Counted from the first letter of the stretch, positions 47,638 through 58,232 are shown. The stretch: DNA of 64,000 nucleotides from Trypanosoma brucei (GCA_000002445.1 CM000208.1:3200001-3264000); one strand, 5' to 3'. Numbers and translations are program-made. The notes: generated by a model from the sequence alone, not told the origin.

Positions 47638-49220
47638 CTACGAATTAGCCTTTTCAGCCTCCTCAGTTTTTTTGTTTCCCCCCGTTTCGCTACCTTCGCT
47701 GTCCGCATTGGAGTGAGGTGCACTCGCCTCACGCAACATTATGCAGTAGACGGCAAGCCAGCACGGAATTGCAAGACCAAGGAATGCGAATATCACAAGA
47801 AGAGCATTACGTAGCTGATACTTGCTGACGCAGTGTCCATCCGTGCTATTACCCGTTTTGTTTATCCACTTGCATAAATTGTCAATGTCGTTTCTGCACT
47901 GGGTGTTATTACCATGCGCCGGACATCCTCTCGAGAAGGCATTGTCAGAGAGATAACCAGCAAGTGTTGGTGACGGGAAATCGCCTAGCAAGTGAATAAG
48001 AAGAACGGAGTAACTCACGGCATATGCCCTTTGATCCCATGGGACCACTGTTAGTATTGCTGAGTTAATGGGTGCTGTGACTGCAAAGAGAGTAAACACC
48101 GAAACCACCAGAAGCGATGTAAACAGCCAAGTAACTTCCATGAACAATGCAGCAAGTCCTACGGGGACGCTGACGGCAATCATGACGACGCAAAAAAGCT
48201 GACACTTCATAGTGCCTGAAGAGCCAAGGCTCCCTCCAAGTTTGTCCACTACAACGCCTCCGACGATGGATCCAATGATACCGGTAAGTGCTGTGGTACC
48301 GCCCATGATCATTGATGCCGTCATGTTGGTAAGCTCCATCGGCCCATCAACTAGAAAAGGTATTGACCATACCGAGAGGCCGCCGATTACAAAGCAGTAC
48401 ATTGCGTAACCGAAGACAACAAGGAGATACCGTGCGTTCGTGAAAATTGAAAGGCAGCCTTATGTACCGGGAGGTATTCGTTGTCGCGTTTCTGGCGCAT
48501 GTTGTATCGTTTGGGGAGGAATACGATAAGTAGCAAAATCGGAATGGCGACGATCGCAAGGGAGAGAAAGGTTACACGCCAGCCCTCCAGACCCCCTACG
48601 GAACCATACGTACCCATCACACCACCGGCAGCCATACCAACCGCTGTCCCGACGGGGATCATAGAGTAGAACGTGCCTATCCACGATGTCCGTGACTCGG
48701 GTGGTGCAATGGCATCAATCACCGTCACTGTGAAACCAACAAAGGCGGCCTCTCCCACCCCATCAAAGATTCTGCAGGCGAGAAGGAACTCATACGAGCG
48801 TGCCAGGCCGGTTCCAACTAAAGAAGCAACCCATACAATGATGCCTACGGCGATGATCCACTTGGATTGTACGACACCTCCGAGCCCAGCGAACAGGGGA
48901 CAGGCGACCATGAAGCCAATCATGAAGCCTGAGAAAAGCAAGCCGGCCTTCGTATCCGTCAGAACATTCGATGACCCCGCGATGGTCGGATCACCCTTAA
49001 TGACGACTAAACAACCGGCAATGGCTCCGCGGTCGTAATACGTGACGAAGTTGAGAAGCGTGAAGATGGAAAGAACAATGCGAGGTGTCATGAGCCGCCC
49101 CCACCGTGATACAGGTTCCTCGGCAGTAGGATCAACCTCCTCAGGTGTAGTTTGCACTTCTTCATGTTCGTTCGTTTCGTGGGGATCGTTCCTTTGCGTT
49201 TTATCTTCGGAAGCCATCAT
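47638..49220 (-). pseudogene. Major facilitator superfamily transporter (12 TM) interrupted by a -1 frameshift in the central loop; pseudogene or sequencing/assembly indel
   Basis: The N-terminal ORF 48387..49220 (ATG start, 6 TM helices) ends in the TM6-TM7 loop (...KRYNMRQKRDNEYLPVHK). The C-terminal ORF 47638..48402 lies in the adjacent frame and supplies TM7-TM12. Reading the C-terminal frame upstream gives ...GCLSIFTNARYLLVVFGYAMYCF back to a TAA at 48460..48462. A single extra C in the CC run at about 48458 (plus strand) would fuse the two into one 530-aa MFS protein. Confidence 0.55.
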
Positions 49221-49494
49221 TCACTACTGTAGTCGAAAAAAGAGGCGGGGTATGGGAAGCTTTGTCCGCTGCTTAGCGGTAAGCGTAGCAATGGATTGAA
49301 ACAAATGAGAGGGCGAGGTGGGTGTTGTGTGAAAGGCGTGGCGCTTTGTTTTCACTTTCTGTTAATAAGCGGTTTGCACAAATGAATCTAAGTGTATTGT
49401 TGATCAACAACTAAAGGAAATAAATAAGTCACGAACGAATAACATCAAGGGAAGCTCCCATGAACTTGAAAGAATTATCTGTCAGTTGGGCAGG

Positions 49495-52326
49495 TCAGCA
49501 GCCTGTGATCCCTCTCAGCGCATGTAGGGCAGAGACAACACGGTGTGTTGGAGGGAGAATGTCAACCAGAGCCCAGGCAGCACGCGCCCACTCACCCTGC
49601 TTTTCTGTATTGTTGATGTGAAGATAGAAGACGGAATTGTTCCACGCCTCGACCGTAAAATATTCCAAAAGGAGTAGGGCGAAAGCGGAGGAGTTATTGG
49701 CGGTTACGCCCCTTTCCCCAACCGCACCGTAGCGCCCAAGAAAGGTGCCGACGGTAATACCCATCACGGGAAGAGAAAGGAAACTCATGAGGTGCTGCAC
49801 TACGCACATTTGCTCTTTTCTGTCGGATCCCAAAGTGAAGGCTTTGTACAGGCAAGAGAGGTTCTTTGTAAGGGTTTCAGCAACCGCTTCCTCTTCACCT
49901 GCCCGAACCTCAGTGGAAGCCGCAACTCTTTCCATTAAGTCGAGCGAGGCTTTCGCAAACAGCCCCATGGCGAATTCTCGTAAATAGGAACATTCTGTTG
50001 TGACACGGGATGCCTCGAACGTGGCGGCCTCTGCCAGCGCCTCGTAAACATTATACGGCACAGGGATAGTGGAAAGCTCCCTCACTATCTCATCCATTTC
50101 CTGCGGTGTTTCGATCGATGGGCCACGCAAATGCCACTCAGACTTACTCAGCAAAAATGTCACACGACATTCCGCGGTATAAGTTGTTGAGATAAGATCC
50201 CTACACGCGTTAAGGTGTTTCTCAAGATCCGCCAAGTCAATCAGTGGATTACCTGTTGAAAACAACCGAAACTCGTCCTCCAACATGCACAAGATGGCAG
50301 CCAACAACGGTGACTGTGTGCCCGCTTCCCTAGGCGACGGATCTTGCTCTGCAATGCAAGCGGCTGCTCGAAATAAGGCAATACTTGTGGCGCTAGCTTC
50401 GAGTGTGAACTCTGAACCTAGTAAAAGGAAAGCTTGCGTCCACCACATTACTTCGTCATGTGTTAGTTTCAGCGTGGCAGAGCCCTCCGAGAGAATGTTT
50501 TGAATCCGCTGCGTGAGTTTGTACAAGTCGTCATCAGAGTGCGCGCAACTTCTATTGATAGCCGTGGTGACATACACCCGTAGAACCTCAAGTTCTGTCC
50601 TGACATCTGCGAAGGGTACTGGCGAGAGGAGAGCTTGCAAGGCGGCCAACGAGGCAACGTTGAGGCAGTTCCGCTTTAGGCAGCAGTTGATAGCAGTGCA
50701 CAAGGCTGGGATTACCAACTCCGAGGGTTCACATGCCACCAGTTGGTGTATTTCCTCTTTCATGCATGTCTCGCTTCCTTCCATCACAAATATTTTGAAT
50801 AACAACGCGTGGGCGAAGACACAACGTGGTTTTCGCTCTGTGTACCTAAGCAGAATGTCCTTTGGTTTTGCCAGCATGTTCACTTGCTGTCCTTGCTCCA
50901 CAGACTCCACATATTTTGTGCATAGGTGAAGCTGCAGAGCATTGATCTCAGAGTCGCTTGCACAATCTGCAAGGCGGATCGCTGCCTCAAGACTTTCCAC
51001 TGCCTCTCCGTGGCTAAATTCTGCGTTGTCGCTAAGTTCCCAGAGCCATTTAAAGCAATAGCGTCGATATTTCGGATCCTCGAAGTCCAAACACTCATTT
51101 CGCATTATTTGCAGGGCGGAACGACAAGACTCGGTATCTTTACTGTGAAGGAGGAGCTGAACAAGTCGAAACGTGACACCCTCGGCAGCCGAAGTGCCCT
51201 TGGTCCTGTTCTGTAGTAACTGCATGCTTTCGACTGAACCGCTTTCCATTGTTGTGAACAGCTTCTGAAAGTCAAAACAGACAGCCACCGCGTCATCGAC
51301 GGTGACGTCGAGTCTCTGGACATATTCGCGGAGTTGAACAGACGCCTCCTTTTCCATACCTGCTGCTGCGGTAGCTTTTAGACGCAATAAAGCGGATGTA
51401 TTGGATTGCAGTGCGGAGTCTGCCTCCACCGCCCAACGAACCGCTTCTGACGCGTTCCCTTCCCGGAGCCACGATAACGCCATCTGCTCTAGCGTTGCCC
51501 CACGAAGCATTGGCAGGCGGCAGGGTGCGTCACTTCCTCCATTCTCTTTGAGGTAATTTTGAACGTTAATCGAAGACATAAGCATGTCGCGTATGAAACA
51601 CTCATTTGGAGGCTCCACCTCAGCACTGCCTACCGTGAAAACGAAGTGGAAGAATGTCTCGAGCAAAGTGCGGTGAAGCGTGTTGTCTCGCAACAGCATT
51701 TGCGCAAGCCTTTCACATGACTGTGACGACTCAAACAGGTGCCCGAGGTTCCACATCACCTCCATCTTTGTGTATTCAAATTCCCAACTCAAATTACGGT
51801 GTTTGAGGTGTGGCAACCGTTGTACTACTCCGGGTGGTATGTGGGGAACGATGGTTTCAACAGCGGCAAGAAGTGCCTTAGAACCCTCTGGCATATGATT
51901 CAGAGAGAGGTCACGCGACGTCTTCAGACACATTAGTATGCATTGCTCTGCTTCCCTTGGATGGTGAGTAAAGTAACTGTGTCGAACACTCTCCTCCGAG
52001 TACACAAAATTACCAAGAAGGAACGACCTAGTCGCAAACTCACGCAACGCTACCTTCAGTCTTCGCTCATGCTCTCTACTGTGGTCCGTGCACCGCATTG
52101 TGACGTTCCAACATGCGCTTCCGAGAAGTCGCAGTTCTTCCAGCACCTTCACTGGGAGCGGAGAATCACTGCTTTGATTTGCGGCTGCCCCCTCAACCGC
52201 ACTTGTGGCGATTTTAATATCTGATAGCATATCCTCACAATTGGCGAGGTCCTCACCTTTCCCATGGGTGGTGAATCGATGAAGCACACCATCGAGTTTG
52301 GAGCACAACTGCTTTGTGTCTATCAT
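49495..52326 (-). CDS. Hypothetical protein (943 aa, largely alpha-helical)
   Basis: 3-kb ORF. The 5' 84 codons of the track ORF (TTG start at 52578) translate a G-run and a polypyrimidine tract (FFPPPL...LLFLFLGCYTYCVFLLLL) and are probably 5' flank. The first plausible ATG is at 52326 (MIDTKQLCSKLDG). Confidence 0.65.
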   Translation of the reverse strand: MIDTKQLCSKLDGVLHRFTTHGKGEDLANCEDMLSDIKIATSAVEGAAANQSSDSPLPVKVLEELRLLGSACWNVTMRCTDHSREHERRLKVALREFATRSFLLGNFVYSEESVRHSYFTHHPREAEQCILMCLKTSRDLSLNHMPEGSKALLAAVETIVPHIPPGVVQRLPHLKHRNLSWEFEYTKMEVMWNLGHLFESSQSCERLAQMLLRDNTLHRTLLETFFHFVFTVGSAEVEPPNECFIRDMLMSSINVQNYLKENGGSDAPCRLPMLRGATLEQMALSWLREGNASEAVRWAVEADSALQSNTSALLRLKATAAAGMEKEASVQLREYVQRLDVTVDDAVAVCFDFQKLFTTMESGSVESMQLLQNRTKGTSAAEGVTFRLVQLLLHSKDTESCRSALQIMRNECLDFEDPKYRRYCFKWLWELSDNAEFSHGEAVESLEAAIRLADCASDSEINALQLHLCTKYVESVEQGQQVNMLAKPKDILLRYTERKPRCVFAHALLFKIFVMEGSETCMKEEIHQLVACEPSELVIPALCTAINCCLKRNCLNVASLAALQALLSPVPFADVRTELEVLRVYVTTAINRSCAHSDDDLYKLTQRIQNILSEGSATLKLTHDEVMWWTQAFLLLGSEFTLEASATSIALFRAAACIAEQDPSPREAGTQSPLLAAILCMLEDEFRLFSTGNPLIDLADLEKHLNACRDLISTTYTAECRVTFLLSKSEWHLRGPSIETPQEMDEIVRELSTIPVPYNVYEALAEAATFEASRVTTECSYLREFAMGLFAKASLDLMERVAASTEVRAGEEEAVAETLTKNLSCLYKAFTLGSDRKEQMCVVQHLMSFLSLPVMGITVGTFLGRYGAVGERGVTANNSSAFALLLLEYFTVEAWNNSVFYLHINNTEKQGEWARAAWALVDILPPTHRVVSALHALRGITGC

Positions 52327-52390
52327 CTGCGCAACACGAAATGTGCTTCTCCCGCACCTTCCCTTTTTGAGGTGCAAAGTGTCCCGACAC

Positions 52391-52460
52391 GATAATAATA
52401 ACAAAAAAACACAGTACGTATAGCAACCAAGGAAGAGAAAAAGAAGAGGAAGAACAAATG
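52391..52460 (-). promoter_or_regulatory. Polypyrimidine tract / probable trans-splicing acceptor region upstream of the 943-aa gene
   Basis: The plus strand is purine-rich here (gataataataacaaaaaaacacagtacgtatagcaaccaaggaagagaaaaagaagaggaagaacaaatg), so the transcribed strand is a long pyrimidine tract. AG dinucleotides follow before the ATG at 52326. This is the kinetoplastid trans-splicing/polyadenylation signal, inferred from established knowledge. Confidence 0.5.
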
Positions 52461-52544
52461 TATCTCCATCTTTGCACCTCACAATGTTGGGATGAACCAC
52501 CGAATTAAATAGTGCATATAACAAAAAACACCGAGACAAGAACA

Positions 52545-52556
52545 TGAGGGGGGGGG
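52545..52556. repeat. G12 homopolymer (poly-C on the transcribed strand) upstream of the 943-aa gene
   Basis: Direct reading: catgagggggggggggaaaaac. The track translates it as FFPPPL at the extended 5' end of that ORF. Confidence 0.8.
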
Positions 52557-52749
52557 GGAAAAACAGCCGAGCGCACAAACGACCACGCCACTGCCACCTC
52601 TATGGAGCAGTTGTTCACACGGTCGCATTCCGAACGCATATGTAAGTAATTCACTGCATTCATCTGAATATAAGAGGGATGGGTAATGTCGTCGATAAGG
52701 TTTGTTCACGTTGAAGAATGTCTTCATCTTACATTTCGATTATTTGATA

Positions 52750-53226
52750 CTACAATGTCTTCTGAGCGGCGATCGCCTCTTTTGCAGCTGCCAGTTCTTC
52801 TTCAGCTAACAGTTCGTTCTCTCGCTCCCTAACCATCTGCAAAACTTGTTTTGACACGCGGTGTTCACGTACCTTGCGCTCAAGGACGGGAGTTGTCGGT
52901 CCCACCGTGTAGGCGTGATAGACAAAGGACAACCATATGTTACCGAACATCACAGCAGAGAAGAAAACCATTGTCATGACGAATGTCTTCCACAACTGCA
53001 GTTGGGTCTTCCGCCAGATCCATCGTACGCGGTTTGTACGAAAGGGTTTCGTCAGACGGCCAATTTTGTTCATCACCAACATACGAAAGAACATGGAGCG
53101 CCGGGCAAGTGTGTCCTTAACTGGTCCAGTGCCAGGTCCCCACATTCCAGGCTGGTCGGTGTACTTCGATGGTGTAGGGGCGAGATGCCCACGATTCATG
53201 GCGCGCCGCTGGCACCGACTAAACAT
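52750..53226 (-). CDS. Hypothetical small membrane protein (158 aa, one TM helix, basic N-terminus, acidic coiled-coil C-terminus)
   Basis: ATG start. There is a single hydrophobic helix, TFVMTMVFFSAVMFGNIWLSFVYHAY. The ORF has its own upstream polypyrimidine flank and lies on the cluster strand. Confidence 0.45.
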   Translation of the reverse strand: MFSRCQRRAMNRGHLAPTPSKYTDQPGMWGPGTGPVKDTLARRSMFFRMLVMNKIGRLTKPFRTNRVRWIWRKTQLQLWKTFVMTMVFFSAVMFGNIWLSFVYHAYTVGPTTPVLERKVREHRVSKQVLQMVRERENELLAEEELAAAKEAIAAQKTL

Positions 53227-53907
53227 AACGAAAACTGTTCAGGTGCTATCTGTAATAGGTATCAACCCAAGTGGCTGTCAGAGGAACGAGTCGTTTACAC
53301 TCAGTGAAGAGAAGAAGGTTTAAGGTACAAGTTGCATTGCGTAAGGTGCAGGTGCCAAACTAGGGGAACACAACTGAGCAGATGTATGAAAGAATAATGT
53401 AATTGAAGTGCCACAGACTCAGTAAACTAAAGGTTCCCGTGGTCGGAATATACTGAAGCACAAAAGGCTACATTTGGAAGAGAGGAGGAAGGTTACATGC
53501 ATACATATATGATAACCAGTACAAGAGCGTGGCTCGCCACCAAACCATAGAATTTACAACAACGAAGGACCACAAACAGTTCCCACTGGCGCACGAGCAA
53601 TAAGACAAGGTAGCAAAAAAAAAAAGAAGGCGAGCGCATGGTTTGCCTCATGGACTGAATTCGTCGCAGCGCACGTGGTGTATGAAATAAGAAAGCATGA
53701 GCGATACAATTGCAATACGAGTCAAGATAGAGACCGCTTTATGCAGACCCGACGTGAGACTACTTAATTATGTTTGACCTCTGTTTCCTCATAGCCCGCA
53801 CCTCCCACTGTACTTTGTTCATGTGCACCACATTGCGTCACAACAATATCCGTTATAACTACATCGTTTTTATTTCATCCAAATTGATGAGCTCAGTCAT
53901 AATGTCC

Positions 53908-56106
53908 CTAAAACCGCCTTCGCGGAGGAGCTTTGGGTTTGTTCACAGTGTTTGCACAGCGTGGAATGTGTCGCTCCGCGACGTCCGGGGCAAACTTCCT
54001 CCCGCAGTGTGGACAGGGCGTGTAATGGCTGTTCTCACTATAGGTTGGGGGTGGAAGATTGCGCAAATTGCCGCCAGACTTCAGCACCTTGTCCACCATT
54101 CGCGCCTCCTTCAAGGATCGTCTGAATGCTTCGCTTTCGGCACGCCAATCTTTTTTCGGTGGCGCTGGGGCACTGGCGGTAGTATCGATCTTTTTGGCAA
54201 AACTCATGGCTTCGGTGCCTGCAAGACGCTGAGCCCGCATGTTGAACACCTTTCGCTGCTTCTGCGATGCGCATACGCGCTCGTGCCGCTGCAGTGCCTC
54301 TGGGGCAAACTTTCTGCCGCACTTCTGGCACTCCAGGCGCTCCCCAACTTCTGCCGCCTCGTAGTCAGTTGCCGTATAGGATTCCTGCGTGCATTTCTTC
54401 GGGGAAGAGGGTGAGAGATTGCCACGCCCCCTTGAGGGTACTTTGGGGCCACCGCGGTTATCCTCACTGCCTCCTATTTTAGTGTTTGCTTGCCTGAACC
54501 CTCCCGCTGAGTGTCGCTTGTCATCATTTGTTGTTGATGGCGGCGCCGTCGACAAAGCTCTCTGAGGAGCAGAAACTTCCTTAACCCCATGCGGAGTTAA
54601 CGTACATTCTGCTGCCGGAGGACCCTCACTAACGTCTTCGATAGTTTTCCTCTCAAGGACTTCGCCACATTCTTCGCAGTACTTCGCCGAGAGCTCCTCA
54701 ACAGTTTCACCACACCCTTTACAATACATAACTTCTTTGGTGGTTTTAGCGGGGGTTCGCGCTCCACCTACGGCAAGAGGCTCCGCGTCACCTAGGGCTC
54801 CTCCGCAGTTGTCACAGAAGTTACTATCAGCATCACATATAGCTCTACATGCTGGACAAGTCAGTACCCGCACAGTCGGTGCATTAACATTCTCAGCTCC
54901 TTCGCCCCGTTCGTCCGCTGATGCACCATTAACTGGCACTCCACACGTGCCGCAGAACCTAGATCCCTGGGGTATCGACTCTCCACATTGCGCACACGGT
55001 TTCGCAAGGTTCTTGGACGCCAGGTTAGCGCCGCATTCCCTGCAGTACTTTGCATTTTTATCATATTCAACGGCACTACACCGCGGGCACTCGCGCCCAT
55101 CCGCATCGACCGTTCCACCCTTCGGCAAACGTTTTAACTTTGGATTAATGTTAGAAAGTCTTCTGTTATGGTCTGTACCTATCGCAGAACCCCGCGATTG
55201 TGATCGTTCGGCGGTATCTGTAGCACCCCCCACATGGCTCCCCGTATTCGGTTGAGGGACCTTTCCTGTGGGAGGGCGAGATTGGGGTGCACTCGGTGCT
55301 GGGGGCGGTCTTGCCGTAGAACCGGGCTTGCAGGAGCGGAGATGCACCACCAAGCGATCCGCAAGAAACTTTCGACCGCAGTTGGGGCAAGGTTCCAAGT
55401 TTCTAACAAACTCAGCAAATTGTGCATCATTGTGCTCCTCAACATTACCACAACCCTCTCCCTTCCAGTTAAAGGAATCTGGATGCTTTGGTGGCTTGCC
55501 GCGTGTCTCCACATCTGCCGCCTCCCATTGCGCTAACTTCTTTGCGTAACATTGGGGCACGTGAATTCCGATAGAACTCGTCCCAAACTGCTGACCACAA
55601 AGGTAACATATTGGAAGCTGGGGCTTGGCTCCGGGGCCCATAGAAGCGGTCCGTTTCCCCTGTCCTCCCCGCTGACTATCCCTTGAGGGTGACGCGCCCC
55701 TACCGCTGGAAGCCAAGCTTCTGGTGCTTCCCGCTCTACTGCGGTTGGCACTTGCAGATGGGCAGCGACTGTCACCCTTACAACCGCGTAGGTGAACCGG
55801 AAGTCGATCGGGAAGGAACTTCCGTCCGCATCTATCACAAGGTACGAGATTGTTCGTAAATTCTTGGAACTGCTCATCCATCAGTTTCTCCGCACTCACT
55901 CCCGATCCCTGCCAGTTGACAGTGTCGGGGTGTTTGGGTCGCTTTCCGCGCGTGGCGGGGTCTGCCACTTCCCACTGCGCTACCTTCTTTGCGTAACACT
56001 GTGGTATGTGGATGCCTATTGAGGCGCTACCGAACTGTTGACCACATAGATAGCAGACACGCATCTGCGGCCGAGGCGCCGGCCCCTTGCTACGGGACGA
56101 CAGCAT
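53908..56106 (-). CDS. Multi-zinc-finger protein: tandemly duplicated ~140-aa module containing paired C2HC fingers, four CxxC...CxxC zinc-ribbon motifs and two C-terminal C2HC fingers
   Basis: ATG start. Module 1 is CYLCGQQFGSASIGIHIPQCYAKKVAQWE...CDRCGRKFLPDRLPVHLRGCK. Module 2 is CYLCGQQFGTSSIGIHVPQCYAKKLAQWE...CPNCGRKFLADRLVVHLRSCK. Zinc ribbons are CPRCSAV...CRECG, CAQCGES...CGTCG, CPACRAI...CDNCG and CKGCGET...CEECG. The C-terminal fingers are CQKCGRKFAPEALQRHERVC and CPHCGRKFAPDVAERHIPRC. Confidence 0.8.
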   Translation of the reverse strand: MLSSRSKGPAPRPQMRVCYLCGQQFGSASIGIHIPQCYAKKVAQWEVADPATRGKRPKHPDTVNWQGSGVSAEKLMDEQFQEFTNNLVPCDRCGRKFLPDRLPVHLRGCKGDSRCPSASANRSRAGSTRSLASSGRGASPSRDSQRGGQGKRTASMGPGAKPQLPICYLCGQQFGTSSIGIHVPQCYAKKLAQWEAADVETRGKPPKHPDSFNWKGEGCGNVEEHNDAQFAEFVRNLEPCPNCGRKFLADRLVVHLRSCKPGSTARPPPAPSAPQSRPPTGKVPQPNTGSHVGGATDTAERSQSRGSAIGTDHNRRLSNINPKLKRLPKGGTVDADGRECPRCSAVEYDKNAKYCRECGANLASKNLAKPCAQCGESIPQGSRFCGTCGVPVNGASADERGEGAENVNAPTVRVLTCPACRAICDADSNFCDNCGGALGDAEPLAVGGARTPAKTTKEVMYCKGCGETVEELSAKYCEECGEVLERKTIEDVSEGPPAAECTLTPHGVKEVSAPQRALSTAPPSTTNDDKRHSAGGFRQANTKIGGSEDNRGGPKVPSRGRGNLSPSSPKKCTQESYTATDYEAAEVGERLECQKCGRKFAPEALQRHERVCASQKQRKVFNMRAQRLAGTEAMSFAKKIDTTASAPAPPKKDWRAESEAFRRSLKEARMVDKVLKSGGNLRNLPPPTYSENSHYTPCPHCGRKFAPDVAERHIPRCANTVNKPKAPPRRRF

Positions 56107-56774
56107 CCCCTGACAATCTAAATAATATACACGTGATGCGCCGCAAAACTAAACTGTGTTCACGCGGGTTAGTCCGCAGTTGCACGCACTGCTATAGAAC
56201 AAAGGGAGGTGTTATGCAGAGTTCAAATGGAAAAAAAAAGGCGCAGTACACATTTTCTTTAGCATATGTAACTGTTTTGGTTTATAAAGTCTAGTAAAGA
56301 GAAACCACTGCACAAACTGTTGCCAATTGAACCCGATAAGTACAGCGCCACAAACAGTCTACTGATGCGGGACAGTGAATGAAAGGAGATATTGAGTACA
56401 ATCCAGACGCTACTTAGCAGTGGACGGACTTAAGAATGGCACTAACTTTCAACGGAACAAAAAAAGTCTTGTTGAAGTGGAACGCTCCTTTTTCCGATCC
56501 AACACTGATGGCTTCCCCCTCCTTCCTCCGAGTGGCACTGCAACCCCGCCTAAAACAATGGGGGTTAGAAAAAGGGAATAAAGGTGCTATTTCCCCTACC
56601 GACTCCAATAGCACCTAACTAAACGATTTTCGCTATCCCTAACTTATCTTTACAATTCCCAAGCATTCACCGCTACAAAAGGACAAAATCCCCTACGCTA
56701 CCTACAAGTGGGGTGAAGAGGTATCTCCAGACCGAAATGCTTGCTGAATGGCAACGCTGTCCTAACGACAACTA

Positions 56775-58232
56775 CTAATGAATAGCCACAGGTCCGGGAT
56801 TCTTCACATTAGAGGGATATTTGGCACCCTCCAACGGACGAATACGGAACTGCTGCCCTGGATAGATCTCTTGCGCAAGCGCCTCCAAACCGTCTGTGCG
56901 ACCAAAACCGGGTTCCGCCTTTGCGCGGTGGATTCCAAACTTCTTAGCATTCTCCTCCTCTAAATCAAACGCGGCTTTGTCAGCTGCTTCCAGGGCCTTG
57001 TAGGACACGTCAAGCTCATGCAATGGAGGGAGCTTCACTTTGCCCTTCTCAATTGCAGCAGCCTCCGCTATTGTGTGTGGGGCATACGCGATTCGTTCCC
57101 ATGATGCAAGACGATCGAAAAGAGTGCTACGACGATTCACCTGATCGAGTTCATAAGTAACAATCCAGTTGTCATCAAACCACGGGTTTGGAACCACCCA
57201 CGGTAAAAGTTTTCCAAAAAATCGTCCTATGCCACGGTAACATGGGACGACGAGGCGCGCGTCGAAGTGGGATGCAATGTCGCGGAACGCCTCAACATGC
57301 GTTAAAGTCTGGGGTCCTCCCAGATCAAACTTGTAGCGCACGGCCCGTCGGGACATGGAACAACGGACAACAGCTCGGGCAGCGTCAACAACCCAAGTTG
57401 GTTGCACTAGAGAGTTCGGAAAGCACGCAGGATAGATGTAGCGGCCCAACCCTCGGTAGCGGTAATTCTTCCCGTACAGCGGTCCGAAGCGAATAATCGT
57501 GGCGTCCGGATGGTTTGCGCCCACAGCGTCTTCGGCTCGAGCGCGAAAGTCGCAGTAGTTGGACTCTGAGGCAAATGTTGCGTCCAATCCATTGCAGAAT
57601 ATGACACGCTCCGCCCGTACGCTGCGCGCTGTCCAACTTACGTTTGTTGACCCCGTCAGAAAGACGTCGTGATGGCTGTTGTTAGCGTATTCAGCGTGGT
57701 AATCAACAGCGAAAACGAGGGTGTCACTTCCATTGGCCGCAACGTTAACCTGGATGCGGTCGGTTACATCGCACTCATGAAGTTCAATTTTTTCAGGGTA
57801 TTTTTGCAGCAAGAGATCCAAATCCGACCCCTCTGGTATCAGTGTGGGGTACCGCGTAGTGGCACGCACTTTCTCAATGTCTTTGTGCTCACAAAACTCA
57901 CGCACAATTTCTCCACCGAGGTACCCGCTAGCCCCGAACACTGTTACCCGTTTCGCCGGTTTTGGGTTAAGCCTACGTCGTTCGTGTGGCAACCGGACGG
58001 CGGGATTAGGGACAAGCATCGCCGCCCAGTAAGGACCTCGCTCGTACCCAAACTCACCACCGGTCGTTTTTGGCTTCCGAGTGGGGTACATCTGCTCAAG
58101 ATCCTTTCGATCAAGAAACATGGACTCCGGTTGATGTCCATATGGGTCCCAGAAATAGCGTACAGGGCCCACAACGGGCGCCACTGTGCACGGTATGCCT
58201 CCCGTGACGCGCTCTCCTACACGGCGCAACAT
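56775..58232 (-). CDS. NAD(P)-binding Rossmann-fold protein of the NAD-dependent epimerase/dehydratase (NmrA/SDR) type; probable complex I NDUFA9 (39-kDa subunit) homolog
   Basis: ATG start. There is an N-terminal extension of about 90 aa, then the dinucleotide-binding motif VTVFGASGYLGGEIV and an SDR-like core. The NDUFA9 assignment rests on fold-level similarity and recalled synteny; it is an inference. Confidence 0.6.
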   Translation of the reverse strand: MLRRVGERVTGGIPCTVAPVVGPVRYFWDPYGHQPESMFLDRKDLEQMYPTRKPKTTGGEFGYERGPYWAAMLVPNPAVRLPHERRRLNPKPAKRVTVFGASGYLGGEIVREFCEHKDIEKVRATTRYPTLIPEGSDLDLLLQKYPEKIELHECDVTDRIQVNVAANGSDTLVFAVDYHAEYANNSHHDVFLTGSTNVSWTARSVRAERVIFCNGLDATFASESNYCDFRARAEDAVGANHPDATIIRFGPLYGKNYRYRGLGRYIYPACFPNSLVQPTWVVDAARAVVRCSMSRRAVRYKFDLGGPQTLTHVEAFRDIASHFDARLVVPCYRGIGRFFGKLLPWVVPNPWFDDNWIVTYELDQVNRRSTLFDRLASWERIAYAPHTIAEAAAIEKGKVKLPPLHELDVSYKALEAADKAAFDLEEENAKKFGIHRAKAEPGFGRTDGLEALAQEIYPGQQFRIRPLEGAKYPSNVKNPGPVAIH

